From Anolis carolinensis (Eukaryota): a stretch of 64,000 bases of DNA. Below, piece after piece: positions 1 through 13,826 of the stretch (position 1 is its first letter; every line of letters begins with the position of its first letter). The stretch covers positions 68,557,574 through 68,621,573 of the forward strand of contig NC_085841.1 in the NCBI RefSeq assembly GCF_035594765.1. The letters run 5' to 3'. Under the pieces are notes generated by a model. That model saw only the letters and a list, made by a program, of their open reading frames with translations, made no database searches and had not been told where the DNA came from. The translations under genes and the position numbers were made by a program.

Positions 1-1574
1 GCATAATATGGCAGAAAACGGATTTTAGAGACAAAATCTCAACCCAAATGAGAAAAAACAAAGCCCAAACTCTATGATCCTGCTAGCCCAGTAGAGAGCA
101 GCATGCAGGCATGCACACCCCAAGCCAGGCACTAGCAAAACACTCAGAAGTAGTATTGGCTACAAAAAACAGACCACGGCCTGAAATATAAGGAAAAAAA
201 TATTATTTTCAGCACTGAGCTCCAGTCAAACCGAAGGTCTCATAACTAGATTATAAGACATTTAGCCTTCCACTTCCCTAAAAGCAGAGGTCTATTTTAA
301 AGGGAAACCCTTGTTCCTAGGAAATCCTGTTCAGGGATAAATATGGAATATACATTCATTAATTTCCTAACTGGGGTCAAATTTAGAGTTCATGGCTCTT
401 GGAAGAACTTAGGCAGTAAAAAAGCACATCAAAAGTTCACTCAAATTGTGGAAGCTTTTCTTTTTATTACTTGGATAGCACAAACTATAAAATTTTTGAG
501 ATCAACACAGGAATTTGAAAAACTACAGTTTTACCATAAAAACCTGCACTCATAGTATTTTTTATTTTGCTACACACAAAGGGAACAAATGTACTCTCAT
601 GTGCCTACATTGTTTATCATTATATCCTTGAGGAAAATAATGAAAATGTAAAACAAAATAGCATAGCATACCCTTAAACAAAAATGTAATGAAGCGTTCC
701 ATGTCATGGCTGCAGCAAGAAAAGACACTTGGCTCAAATGCGGTGGCAGCCATATATTATTTTATTGTGCAACATTTTTAATGTGTGACATTGCTATTGT
801 TTCCATATAAAACAGCAGTGTTGCACAATATATAGTAATGTATTTTGTTATGCAGTTTTGCTGATTTTGCCCAATATTTTTGTCAATCAACATTTTTGTT
901 GTGCAACATTGCTGTTTACTACTTTTAAAAAGCAATCTTGCACAAAATATACCTATAGTCTTTTCCCTATCGAAACTGTACAGTTCCAGAGCAGACTGTC
1001 CGGTTCTCAGGAGGAGCTACATAGCTTCCAGAGAACAATGAAGTTTTTTGGAGGAAGCTACACTGCAGGTATCAAAAAAAAAAAACACTCAGTTTTCCAT
1101 CATTGCAGGTGGAAGAAGTGGACAGGGAAACTCCAGAGTGTCTTGAAGCTAAAATTTGGAAAACTACTTTATTGCTGTCAACAGAAAAATGAAGATTTGC
1201 CATCCCTATCCATGGGTGGAGTCTTTTTATTTCACTACAGGTTGTTAATTTTCAGGAGCAATCGGTTCTTTGCCAAGACATATGGACCTCATCACATTGA
1301 GCCTGAGGAGCCGGGGAAATTGTGGGGGAGTGTCATGTTGCATTTCCTACCTGTTGGGGGCTGTGGCATTCCTTCACATGATGTTATCCTGCTGTCCCCC
1401 ACTTCCTCTTTGCCTCTTGTGGCTTTCTCTGTGCTGCCAGCATGCTGCTGGCCCCACCAGATGTAGCCCTGAGTCATATGATGGGCTCCAGGGGACTCTG
1501 TGTACACACCATGCCGGCAGGGCAGAGAAGTGGGGAGAAGATACTTCTATAGACCTCTATGTGATATATTCAAC

Positions 1575-1650
1575 TTTACAACCGCCCTGAGTCTCCTCGG
1601 GTGAGAAGGGCGGGGTATAAATGATTGAAATAAATAAATAAATACAAACA
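1575..1650 (+). mobile_element. 3' tail fragment of an L2 LINE or L2-partner SINE
   Basis: CCGCCCTGAGTCTCCTCGGGTGAGAAGGGCGGGGTATAAAT followed by (AAAT)n. The same tail ends the SINE at 31008-31497 and the fragment at 47200-47337. Confidence 0.75.
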
Positions 1651-1933
1651 AAGTGCTCAAGAAAGCAAAAGAAATAACAGTAATTGCTTTTATTTCAGTA
1701 AAGTACAACCAGCCTTATATGCATTTATTTTATGGGTACTCAGGTCCTAACTATACTAACAAAAATAATGTCCTATATTGTAGCATACAGCATGGGGCAT
1801 ATCTGGCCTGTTATGCTGTGATATTTGCAGTATTATGTAATTGTTTCCTAACAGTTATCAAATATATATGCATAAATGAGACAAAGTTTTCTGGGGTGGC
1901 TTTGGCTTAGCCTTCAGTAATGCTATCTAATAC

Positions 1934-2110
1934 TGTTGTTGGGTCGCCTTCCAGTCATTTCTACTTATGGTAACTTTAAGGTGAACATATCATGGAGGCT
2001 TGAGGGGCATGATGTGTGTGACTCACATAAGGTCATTCAATGGGTTTTCATGGCTGAGCAGAGGACTGAAGCCTAATCTCCAGAATCATAATACAGCACA
2101 AAACTGGCCA
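1934..2110 (-). mobile_element. Degenerate tRNA/CORE-type SINE
   Basis: Reverse complement resembles the copy at 13651-13826 (CTCAGCCATG..AAACCCA..GA.TGACCTT core; TTGAAGGCAC..AACAAC tail). Confidence 0.55.
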
Positions 2111-2733
2111 CATAATAGTTATACGTAAGACTAATTGCATAAGTGATTGCAGCTTGGAAACAATTCATTACACTTAAATTATTAATTAACTCATTAAAAT
2201 TGTATAAAGAGATTGAAATCTGCTCACATTTAGGGTTAAATATGAAGAGTGCATAACTGACTAATGGTTGCGATTTCTTTTTACCTGTTTCTTAGAAATC
2301 ATTTTAGTCAGTTTAAATTATATTTTATTTGTGTTACCTAGAAAATTGATGGCCTAAATCCAATTGTAAGTCTTAACCACAGTGGATCCATTGATGCAAT
2401 AGGAAGCTTTGCCAGTCCTTATAATTAGTTCAATTGAATTAATGGATCTAACCCTTCTGGGAATTAAAATAAGTTTTAAGCCTATGAAATTTTCTAATTG
2501 TTTTGATAGCAACAAAATTATTTTCTTGAACAAAGTGCTATATTAGGAACATTAACACTTCCAAGTTATTTATATATGGTATTTAGGACAATACACAAAT
2601 TATAGTCTTTTCTGGGCATTTTCATAATGTATCTATAGGGAATAGGTATAGAAACATTTTCAGACTTACCTTCCCCCTCCTCACCCACTTCCAAGCTATT
2701 TTTTCAATCCATTAGTTATTTTTTAACCTGAAT

Positions 2734-2908
2734 ATGAATGCTTGCCCACAATGTCCAGTCTCATGTACGGAGGAGGAGTTGTTTAAAGCTACGGACAATG
2801 TGGTCGCTGTTGCCTGCTTTTGGTCTAAAACTATTTAGCTGCTTGTGATTTCCTTTATTTTGTCACTTTTAAATTTATTTATTATGCAATGCTTTTGACA
2901 CAAAATAA
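2734..2908 (+). mobile_element. 3' end of a Vingi-like non-LTR retrotransposon
   Basis: Reads MNACPQCPVSCTEEELFKATDNVVAVACFWSKTI* (stop 2836-2838), resembling the C-terminus after the CCHC finger of Vingi ORFs. A short 3' UTR ends GCAATGCTTTTGACACAAAATAA. Family from recall. Confidence 0.6.
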
Positions 2909-3345
2909 CATGAATAACTGACATGAAATGCTTCCCTCACTCCACCAGCTACATTTAATAGGTACAGCTATCTTCCAGCAAAAAGGGAAATATGTTGCAT
3001 CTGTTCAGGGTTAAAAATGAGATGCCTGTGAAAAAAAGATGCCCCTACATGATAAATACCAATGAGCGTATTTTAAAATATGTATATATATACTTAGACT
3101 TCTAAGAGTTAGACATTTAAAGCCTGGTCAGTTTTGGTTTCTTCCATTATATATAATTACTGTATCTTTAATAAAAATCATAAAGATTTTTCTTTTACAT
3201 GCAAAACATTATTTACCTTACATGCCAATTTTTCAGTCAATGCAGGAATGGAGTTAACACAAAAGAATATTAAAATTTCAGATCTTTTAGAAATTCTGAG
3301 GTGTTCCTAAAAGCTGTACCACCCACTTTTCTGAATCTGTATGCA

Positions 3346-3486
3346 NNNNNNNNNNNNNNNNNNNNNNNNNNNNNNNNNNNNNNNNNNNNNNNNNNNNNNN
3401 NNNNNNNNNNNNNNNNNNNNNNNNNNNNNNNNNNNNNNNNNNNNNNNNNNNNNNNNNNNNNNNNNNNNNNNNNNNNNNNNNNNNNN
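3346..3486. other. Assembly gap (141 N)
   Basis: Run of N. Confidence 1.
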
Positions 3487-5627
3487 TTACAAGGACACCA
3501 AGCTCCCTCATCATGGTGTGTGATTTGTCTCACTAAATACCCCAGATTTATTTTCATCTGCCCCAGACACTTTCTGGAAGCTGTTTTTTTTATATCAGCT
3601 CTAATTTTCAGACCATTTTCAAGGACAGCCATACTCAAAGGACACTAAAATAGAACAGATGAGAGGTTAATAGACCATAGATTTAGGCCACTAATTCCAT
3701 TTTGCAAAAAAGGAAGGATATAAATTCAATCAATCAATCTTTTTATATTTTTTGACATGCCAAATGAAATTGGGCAAAGGCATTTTGTACCACTGAAGCT
3801 ACCCGGACTTCAAAGGATAAAGTTTGATTTAATCCCAAACTATTCAACTTCTCTTTCAGGGAAAGTATAATCCAGTCCAGCACATATCTAAGTTTATTAG
3901 CACTTACCAGTTAGTTCTTCAACAGTCACTTGCCAGGCTATAGCCACCAATCCCCCTTTCTGATAGGAATGAATATTCCCATGGCTCAATTGATCATCCC
4001 ATTAGTTGTTCCCATTCATACAAATCAAGACCAGTTAACCAATGGATGCAAATGTTGTACCAGTCCCTGGCACATTAGAAATAACACTTGCTGGTCTTCC
4101 AAATCAAAGAATATGAAAAGCACTGTTCTGGATGTTTGGAAAGCAAGCTACATTTTTAACCTATAGTAGATCTGGACAGCACTTTTATTTAAATTAGCAG
4201 GTTTATTTGTTTGTCTATTTAAAATATGTATACATTTCCCAGCAAGCAATAATCTCAGAATGATTTGCAAACATAAAAACAAGAACAATAAACAAAATCA
4301 CCAAGATTGCAAAAAAAAAAAAAAGAGGAGTTGGAGCAGCTGAAACAGAATTTGTTTCTTTGATATCATTTTATTTACACAATTGTTTAAAATGTAAGTT
4401 CTTATTATGACCTGATCTGGAACATATTATTATGAAATACCAATTGTGTTAGAACATAGCATTGATTCATATGATTATTTTTCACCTGGCTACCTATTTT
4501 CTGCTGTTGTCCCCTTTCTCATCAGTTCACTTTTCACCATAAAAACTGGAAACTGTTCACTAGAATCAATTGTGATTTAACTTATCTTGTATTGACAGTT
4601 GAAGCACAGTTATTTTTTTCATAATAATAAACAATTTAAATTAGCATTGGGTAACTTTAATAAGGCTGAAACCAGTTGTCTTCCCTAGAATCAGTTTTCT
4701 ATAATCATGGTCTTCACTCAATTTTGCATACCAAAAAAGAAAAGAAAATCAGAACAAGTCATTAGAATTGAACTTCCAGTTTTGGTTTCAGTGTTTGGTG
4801 AGACTGTACCCCATTTGGTAGCAAAACAACCCTGGAGTTTCCAAGGATGAAAATACTACTGTTTTATTTCCATGGGTAAATGTAAAAGACGTTGGGGTGG
4901 GGGGGGGCATGGGACCAGAAAGCAGAAATACTGTACATGGGCTCTACTTTGCACAGCCCATTTCAGATGACTTTGTGGGAATAAATTAAAATATACTGTT
5001 CTCCTCTTTTTAGAGTTGGAAGTAGCACAAAGCCTATCTTAAGAACCACATTCTCCTATATGAGCCAGTCCGTGGGTTGAGATATTCTATGAAGATCCTT
5101 CTCTCTGTCCTATCAACCTCAAAGGGATTTGCAGTTCTAACATGGTAAAGTGACTCTCAGGGCCCTTCCAGACAGGCATAAAATGCAAGAGAAATTGGGA
5201 TTTTAAATCCCACTTTCTCTTGGGATGGGGGCCACACAGCTGGCCTAAACCCTGGGATCTTTCGGGGGGGGGGGGGTGTCCAGATACTCATCCTTGCTGA
5301 TCTGAGATCAGCAGGGGTGGCCATTGGCACTGCCAATATCCCTCTCCCTGCCTTCCATTTCCCCCTGCACTTACCAAGAGAAGACTACACAAGTCCTGAA
5401 GACATTTTCCACACCAGAGTGAATATTTCTCGTTGAATAAAAATTTTCACACAGAAAATGCTGTTTCCTGTATAAAAAAATGTTGTTTTCTGTGCAAAAT
5501 AACCACATGATGTTTTCACAGAATAAGCCCTGAATTGTAAATAGCCTTCAAAAATTGCATACTTTTTCAACAATCTGTTTCAGTTGGAAGAAAAGGGCTT
5601 GTTTTTACTTTCAAGAAGAAATCTGGA

Positions 5628-5846
5628 GTGAATATACAGTGTAGAATCAATGTTGTTTGATACCACTTTCAGTGCCGTGGCTCGAAACTGTGAATTTTGA
5701 GTTTTGTAGTTGGTGAGACAAAATTACTCTTTTGCAGAGAAAGTTAAAGACCTTGTAAAATTACAACTCCCATAATTCTGTAGCAATGAGCCATGGCAAT
5801 TAAAGTGGTTTCAAACTGCATTAATTCTAAGTGCAGATGCACCCTT
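5628..5846. mobile_element. Palindromic MITE (non-autonomous DNA transposon)
   Basis: Ends are inverted (TACAGTGTAGAATCAATG..TTTGATACCACTTT / AAAGTGGTTTCAAACTGCATTAATTCTA..GATGCACC). Related copies at ~33553-33770, ~38690-38850 and ~60058-60226. Confidence 0.7.
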
Positions 5847-6130
5847 AGTGAAGAACTGTTACTTTATTCTGTTTAAACTTTTGTAAGCCACCTTGAGTGG
5901 GATAAAGGCAGAAAATTATTATTATCAGTAAAATAATGGTCTTGATGCACTTGGAATAGTTTTGGTGGACAAATCAAGCATAAAGCATGACAAGTGTGAG
6001 GCAACCATACAGCCAGTAAACACGGTGTGTACTTAAAGTAAACTTATATGCACTGATGATAGTGTTTCAGTTAAATTAAAATTTGAGATATATGGGAAAT
6101 AAAAAGGGATTTATCTTTGAGTATTCCTGA

Positions 6131-6410
6131 GGTCCCTTCTACACTGCCATATAAAATCCAGATTATCTGCTTTGAATTGGATTTTTTTTATCATGTCAGA
6201 AGTGAACATACTGTAAGTCGCTTCTGGTGTGAAAGAATCAGTAATCTACAAAGTCATTGCCCAGGGACACCTGTATGTGTTACCATCTTGTGGGAGGCTT
6301 CTCTCATGTCTCACTGGATTATATGACAGTATATACTCATATAATCCAGTTCAAAGATGATAATGTGGATTTTCTGCTTAGATAGTCTGGATTATATGGT
6401 AGTGTAGGGG
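6131..6410. mobile_element. PIF/Harbinger-like palindromic MITE interrupted by a SINE fragment (~6186-6311)
   Basis: TIR GGTCCCTTCTACACTGCCATATAA / TTATATGGTAGTGTAGGGG. The internal insert matches the SINE fragment at 55925-56051. Confidence 0.7.
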
Positions 6411-7479
6411 AGATGTGGGAATAGAAGGCTGGTGTGGCGAGTGTGAGGCAACCATACAGCCAGTAAAGATTGAAATGTCAGTATTTAGGGAAGAAAGAAA
6501 TAGATAAATGAACATGTTTTTCTTGGTAATGTATGGTAACTTTGAGTTCTTTTCAAGCTTCCAAGCAAAAGTTGAAACTAATTTGTTTCTTCTTTCTCCT
6601 AAAGTACCTTCAATTCTTAGTTACAATAAACCTCTATTCATTTCAGTGAAATAATCACCTGTAAGGTTCAGTGTTATTGCCCTAGAAAAATGCATCATCT
6701 TATTACAATTTGGAGAAAGCATTACAGCTGTGTGTAATAGCCCAGATCCTGTAAAAAAATTAAGCAGTTAAATTCAACACAACAGCTTTTCTCTATCAAA
6801 GTCTTAGGCATCAACGTTGCCTAGGTCTTTGTTAACTACCTCACATTCTCAGATCAAAAATCACAAGTTTACAGCAGGCAAGATTACAAAAGTTTGAGGT
6901 TTCAAATCCATGAAAGTAATCTTGGGAATATTTTTTTCAATAGTCTAAAGTAAAACTGCATGCACAAATTATTGTCAATGTTATAGGAAACTGCATTATA
7001 TGGTGCATGTAGACCCATACAGTACAGTCAAAGGTAGCTAAACTGCATTATATGAACCCACACTGACCATACTATGCAGTTTCAAACTGCATTATATGGC
7101 AGCATAGATGGGGCCGTAAATCGTCAGACTTGTTATAGGCTTGATAGTATTGAATTCAATAGCATGATGAGGGTATTCATTTACTCTAACCTCCAATGCA
7201 TCCCATATGGATTGCTGTATTTCATTCTATATTGGTATGCCTTAAAAATACAACTGGTCAAGTATACACTACAAGACCATTGATTGCAACCAGTTACACA
7301 AATAATATTGTCCCTTGTTAAAATCATTTCACATTCCTGGACATAACCAAAGTATTACTGTGGCTGATTGTTTAGAAGACTGTATTCTCCCACATAAACC
7401 TGCTCAGAACAACTCCAGAATGGGCCCCTTTCTGTGTCTTATCCCACATTTGATAGGGACGTAAGAGATACCTCTTTGG

Positions 7480-7710
7480 TGTTTAGATGGAAAATAGATT
7501 TCATCTAATCATTAAGATGAATTTCTTGACTGACAGAGCAGTTGGACTTTGGATAGACTGCCTCAGAGAATAATGAACTGTCCTTATTCAGGCATTTTGC
7601 AAATCAGAAATTGGGAATGCTACATATTTCAGGAATGCTTTAGTTGTGTACATCTCCATGACAAGAGGATAGACTAGATGGCCTTGCAGTCACTGCTGAT
7701 TCTATGATTT
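7480..7710 (+). mobile_element. Old, degenerate CR1 3' end
   Basis: Decayed RFHL..KNFLT.RAV coding segment, then GACTAGATGGCC..TTCTATGATT as in the young CR1 3' UTR at 59960-60050. Confidence 0.7.
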
Positions 7711-9894
7711 CATATTTTATTACTGCTCATTATATGCCTCTCATGACATATATCCAGTTGGCGACGAAACACATAAGTGATGAAAGCCTTACTTCTCTAC
7801 AAATTGACCTGTGATTATAAGACACAAATTTTACTTGATCTCTCCTGTCTTTGACCCCAGAAAGATCTCACGCAGCAACAATGAATAAAATAAATCCAAA
7901 GGTATAATCTAAAACATAAACAGATGACTAAAAAACATAAGACAACTGTAAAAAGCACTCATAAGGAGATCAATAAGGGAAAGAAAGAAAAGAAAGAATA
8001 ATGTATGGTGAGATTAAATCCTTTAGAAAGCCTTTGTTTTTCTAGTTTTACTTGGGCCCAAATTGGCACTGCTGAATTTGAATATTAATTGTTCCTTAAT
8101 AAGATACAATCATAAAACATGCAATTTAGTGCTTCGTTTCTTCCAATTTTCATACAGGAATCAAACTGTGCTAAACTAAAGGCTTTAATCCTCTTGGTTC
8201 TGCCTGTAACAAGCACTATAGTCTGTGAAGGGTTACCGACCCATAACAAATAAATTAATAAGCTTCAGTAATTATATCTGGGTCATTTTGTTTTAAACCG
8301 TGAAATCAAAAGCTCTCTTCCTATTAGTGCATTAGTGCAGGAACTGCTGTAACTGGCCATCGGTGCTCCCTTGATACACCATCTGTGAATATAACATAGT
8401 GGTGCATATTGGGTAGTGAAGCCTGTGTATAGATTAAAAGTGTGCAGCAATGTATTATGTTACTGAGAGTGGGCATAGGCATTTGGCTCCCCCCCCCCCC
8501 CACACACACACACTTTTATCATCCATTTTTTCCCTCCCTATTCATGAACTCAAGCTCTGGAGTTATTCTGCATCACTGATTTTTCCTCAACACAGATTGG
8601 GTGTTAGGATTCCCTGCTTTTAATATCGGACCTGGAGGAGGATTTATTCATCTGTGGCTAGTGTTGTATTGTGATGGATAGGAACATGAGAGATGTCAGA
8701 AAATCCCACTGACACACAACTGAGGCAGAGCAGAAAGGAAACGGAAGCTTGATGTGCTAAGAGGAGTGGCTGTAGATGAAGTTGCTGGTAGGTTAGAAAT
8801 ATCCAAACATCTGTTAGCAGCCTGCACAGGGCACTCCTGGACAGCCAACAGCTGCATATCAGGACAGAATTCTTTTCCACAAATACAACTAGGGAATAGA
8901 TGCTGGATGTGTCACTGTTATGTATCTTGATACCCCTTCTTTGAATGTAAATGTCTCCAAGTAAGACTTATTCATGTTCAGCATGCACATTCCTTGGCAT
9001 TCTATACAACCGACAATCCCACGAATTAAGCAATAGAAATCACTCTACCTATTTTCCACATTTTCTGCAGATGCCCACACTTGCTGCTGCTGCTGATATT
9101 TCTTACCTGTCTCTCCTTGAAGATCGACATTGTTAAAACACTTCAAAAAATTATATAAAATGCATATATTAAAATGTATTTCTATGAAATACATATTAAA
9201 ATATACAGTAATCCAAAGGACGTGAGTTTAAAATTCCAACAACTAATTTAGCTATTGGAGCTTTTCCAGCAGGTTATTCCACAATCTTGGAGTGGCCGAT
9301 AAAAAGGTTCTTTGGGTGATGGTTAGGGTTAGGGTTATACAAAGGTTCACAGAAGACAATATGGCCCTTATACAACCTGCTTATTCAAAGAAGGAGCTTC
9401 ACATGGTCAAACCACCTTCTTTCTTGGTGGGAATAGTGTAGAGTGCTTCTCCATGGCTGTTCCTACACTTTGAAACTCCATAAGAAGTCTAGGTGGTCCC
9501 TTTCTGTGTCTTTTGTGTCTATCCTGGATTTTGGGAAGCCTTCCCTCCATTCCAGCTGCCCCTGGGGGAGAGAAGAGCAATCAGTATCTTCTGGTCTTAA
9601 TTCCCTCCCTAATGATTGTCTACCTTTTCTTATATGTTTGTGTTGTTTTGGGGACAGAGAACTGTCAAACTAACAATTTGGAAGCTACTCTGGGAGACTT
9701 TTGGCTCAGAGGTGTTTTGAACTGCAGCATCCAGAAACCCTGATCATTGGCCCAGAGAACCTGAGGCCAAAACACCTGGAAGACTGGAATTTGGGGATCA
9801 CTGTGCTAAATAAATAAAGATAGATTTTCTGTTTTAGTGTTTTTAGTTTATACTATTAAATTAATGTGCTATATAGTTTTTAATCTATATACAG

Positions 9895-11113
9895 TTTCCT
9901 GCCCTGAATCCAGGACTGCTATTATTGCAAGCGAGGTTAAATGTTTTAGCTTCGATATAGCAATACTTCAGGAGACCTGGAGAGCAGGAAAGGGACAGCT
10001 GAAGGAAGAAAAAGGAGGCTACACCTTCTTTTGGAAGTGATTGCCTGAAGAAGAAAGAAGAATACATGGAGTTAACTTCGCTATCAGAAACAACTTGGTG
10101 AAGCACCTGTTCAAAACAGCCATTGGCATCAATTAATTACTCTCAACCTTCCGAATTAATCTTGCCAAAAACTATCAGTCAACGATCATAAGTACCTATG
10201 CAACAACACTAGAAGCTGGCAAAAATACCAAGGAAATTTTTTACTGTCAGCTGGACAGCATTCTATCAGAGATATTTAAGGAGGACAATATCCTCCTGGG
10301 AGATTTTAATGCATGAGCTTGATGAGACTTTGATCTGTGACCAGGGACCATAGGAAAAGATGGGGTTGGAAAGTAGCAACCCGACTGGTATCCTGCTTCT
10401 CACTAAATGTGAGAACATAACCTTGTCATAACAAAAACACTCTTCCACCAGAAAAACAAGTTTAAGACATCATGGAAGCACCACCGGTCAAAGCACTGGC
10501 ACCTCTTATGCTATGTAATTATACAAGCCAGACACAGCTGTGATGTGCTTCTCACAAGAGCCATGGCAGATGCTGAAGACTGCTGGACAGACCATGGGTT
10601 AATTCATTCCACAATGGTCATCAAAATTGTCTCCAAACACAGACTCCAAAGAAGAAAGATAAGTCTCAAAACAAACACCCAAGCATTTCAAGATCTCTCC
10701 AAATGAGCCCTTCTCCAAACAACATTCAAGGATCATCTACCCATAGAATACCCTTAATAACCTTAAAAACTTTAGCATAGACATCGAGAACTGGGAAGCT
10801 CTGGCCCATGAGTGCTCTAACTAGAGATCAGCTGTTACCAACAGTGCTGTGGAATTCGAAGAGACGCGAATGGAGGGCGAAGGGAGAAACTGTCAAGAGG
10901 AAGGTGCATCAAGCCAACCCTTTTTGGGACCACCTTCCATCTGGAAATCATTGCCCTCATTGCAAAAGAACATGCAGATCAAGTATAGGTCTCTCCAGTT
11001 ATCTACGGACCCACTGCCAAGACCCTACACTTGGCAGGCAATCATATTTTAACATGAGGGATTGCCTATGAATGAATGAATGAATGAATGAATGAATGAA
11101 TGAATGAATGAAT
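9895..11113 (+). mobile_element. RTE-clade LINE, internally deleted (APE endonuclease joined to C-terminal zinc finger)
   Basis: PESRTAIIASEVKCFSFDIAILQETWRAGKGQLKEEKGGYTFFWK, ILLGDFNA and TSWKHHRSKHWHLL are RTE-type APE motifs. Near 10755 the sequence jumps to LKNFSIDIENWEALA ... CPHCKRTCRSSIGLSSYLRTH, then a (TGAA)n tail at 11068-11113. Multiple stops. Confidence 0.85.
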
Positions 11114-12364
11114 CAAATTATTTTAATCTTTTTTGTTGTTTAAATATTATATATAGTTTTACTCTCATCTCTTTTTACTATATAAGCCACCTGAGGCTCA
11201 TCCTTGGGGAAAAGGTGGGATATAAACAGACTGATTGGAAAATGATTTGTTTGACCTAAATTTCAGTCATCAATTTGGAATTTTGAGAGATTGTAGCAGA
11301 AAATCAAGACAACAAAAGGTCTATTACCAATATTAACTTTAACTGTACATTTTTATCTTCAGTAGAATTATTTATGTTAACATAAATACATACTAAAATC
11401 TGAAAAGACATTTCAGACGATCCCATGCATCAACTATCAAGAAAACTCTGCAGTTCTGATCCATCAGAAGCCATATATTTCTGATGATGTAACTGAGATA
11501 ACTTAACATTGTCAGCTTTCCAAATGAAGTGTCTTGAATATTCTGTCAGTTAAAAGACACTACAGACAAGTCCATAAATAATTTTAGTCATTAGAGAGAT
11601 GTCTATGGGTGCAAATGTTCAGCCCATTTCTTTGCTGCCTTTACTTTCATTGATAATCAGTTTGAGGCTTAAGTAAGAAGAGAGTAGCCTTAGCAGTTCA
11701 TGATATGGCTTGTCTTTGCTGTAAGACACAGGAAGATGTCAGTCTTCTACGGGACAAAGGGACATCCTGCAAAATGCAGAGGAGTGACTGAAATATCATC
11801 TCATACTCTGGAACTATTCCAGTATACCAAGGATGCAAGGTCGTCTTAATCTCAAGTCCTTTTTTGGTTGTGTTGCACTTTGGGAGACCTATTCTGACTT
11901 AAAGAGGATATCAAGTTCAACTAAAGTAGCCTTGACGATTGACATTTGAAAGCTATCCAATCCAGCCTCTAACCAAACCAGACCTTCCTTGAATAACAAC
12001 ATCACGTCATTAACAATACACGTTCTTTCTCTTGCTGTTTTTCATATTAAACATTAGGAGGATATGCTATCACATGAGAATGCAACAGAGTGTTATTGGA
12101 AGAGATATACACTTTCAATGCAGTTTGACACATAAAAACATTAAAAATAACCAGTTGATGTGTTTGGGTTATGATATTACAGTGTTGTGATGCAAAATAT
12201 TGCATTTGTTCTATGTATGTAGTTAGGGACTGAGATACAAAGAAAATCTCTGTGAATACCTCAAAACTATGTTTCTATCCTTGTTGTGACTACAAATATC
12301 AGAACAATAAAATAGTCTGTAAAACAAACATAAATATGTGTCTGAATAAGTATGCATGTGTGTA

Positions 12365-12632
12365 CAGGCAGTCACCAAATTACAATCATCCAGCTTACAA
12401 ATGACTCATAGTTACAAATGGGGGTGAGACAACAGGAAATAAGAGAAATCTACCCCTCAGAAGGGAAATTCACTCCCGAAAGAGTTATCATGGGGAAAAG
12501 ATATCTCCACTGAAGCTTTATCACCAATCATTGTTTTCACAAGTTATTTTTTTTCAAAATGCAATGATCACAGGGACAGAAAGAGAGGTGAAATCTTCTG
12601 GACAGGAGCACAGAGAGCAAAACAAACACCAC

Positions 12633-12678
<46 letters not shown>

Positions 12679-12770
12679 ACCTAAAAATGTATCTGCTCTC
12701 ACTTATAAACAAATTCAACTTAAGAACAAACTTACAGAACCTGTCTTGTTTGTAACTTGGGGACTGCCTG
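12365..12770. mobile_element. Tc1/mariner-superfamily (Tigger/pogo-like) MITE containing a (GT)n microsatellite
   Basis: TA|CAGGCAGTCACCAAATTACAA ... TTGTAACTTGGGGACTGCCTG|TA. (GT)n at ~12636-12676. Confidence 0.8.
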
Positions 12771-12894
12771 TATATATCTATAAAATCCTAACTGCAACTG
12801 TGGGTGGAGCTATTCTATACTGCCATATAATGCAGTTTCAGAATGTAGTTTAACTGCATTGAACTGGATTATACTGCAGTGTAGATACCTCTCC

Positions 12895-13378
12895 CCCTTT
12901 TTTATTATGATTGTAAACACAGGTAGAGTGATACAAATCTCAATAACTATTCAGCAAGGTTAAATAGAACAAACAGTCATATTCCACTTACATTTCCTCT
13001 CAATTTGACATGTCCTATTTTCTTAACCTTATCAATTCCACCCTTATCTTCCACTTGTGCCCAACAGTTTTTCTTCCCTCCCTCTTCTCCTTCGCCTCCC
13101 CCCCCCCCCCCCCCACACACACACACTCTCCGGGAATAGTTGTGTCCTTGATTTGGGTATTATTTTGACCAAGAGAATGGGATTCAGTTCTTTATTTTTT
13201 TTCCTTATACTCTAGCTATCAGAATTTCCCATTTTGAGTCCCCATTCTTCTAGAAACGGCCTGTTGTGTATTTAATTCTCCTTTCAAAAGTGTAATCCTA
13301 TTATAATTTTTTTGTATCTTGTCACAGTCCCACCACATGTGCATAAAAGAGCCAATTTCACCACATTTGTGTCAACAT
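12895..13378 (-). mobile_element. L1-clade LINE 3' fragment
   Basis: Minus strand encodes KCGEIGSFMHMWWDCDKIQK (L1 ORF2 CCHC region), followed by a purine-rich 3' UTR and A-rich end. It sits between two halves of a MITE. Confidence 0.65.
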
Positions 13379-13650
13379 AGTTTTGAACTGGATTACATGG
13401 CAGTGTAGGCTCATTCTGAAACTGCATTATTTGGCAGTGAAAATCCAGCCTGAGATATTGACACAGATATTCATCAAATATAAGTATGTTTCCTTCTGCT
13501 GCTAGAGATCCCTTCTTTACTCATTTATATGCCTTTTTGCACAAAATATTTCAAGGTGCTTTCGATACACAATTAAAGCACTTGGATGCTACACAATTAT
13601 AGCTATGGGATACTGGGATTGGCAATTTCTGGAGGAGCATTTAGAATTGC

Positions 13651-13826
13651 ATGATGTTATGGCTTGAGCCTTTGTCTACAACTCAGGGGATCAGGATATG
13701 AATCCTCACTCAGCCATGGAAACCCACTGAGTGACCTTTGGGAAGTCACACACTTTCAGTTTTAGAAAATGATGGGTTCATGCTATGGTTATCATAAGAC
13801 TTGAAGGCACACAATAATAAACAACA
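13651..13826 (+). mobile_element. tRNA/CORE-type SINE
   Basis: tRNA-like head (GGATATGAATCC, B-box-like), CORE-like GAGTGACCTTTGGGAAGTCACAC, tail GACTTGAAGGCACACAATAATAAACAAC. Confidence 0.6.

Noticed and set aside
858-1466. 202-aa ORF
   Set aside because: Non-ATG start, crosses AT-rich repeat-like and poly-A sequence, no domain similarity.
3270-3648. ORFs containing X runs
   Set aside because: Artefacts of the assembly gap.
3908-3961. Possible 54-nt minus-strand exon ending at a GTAAGTG donor
   Set aside because: Weak acceptor and no recognisable peptide; such sites occur by chance.
9321-9336. Telomere-like TTAGGG repeats
   Set aside because: Only two full units; not significant.
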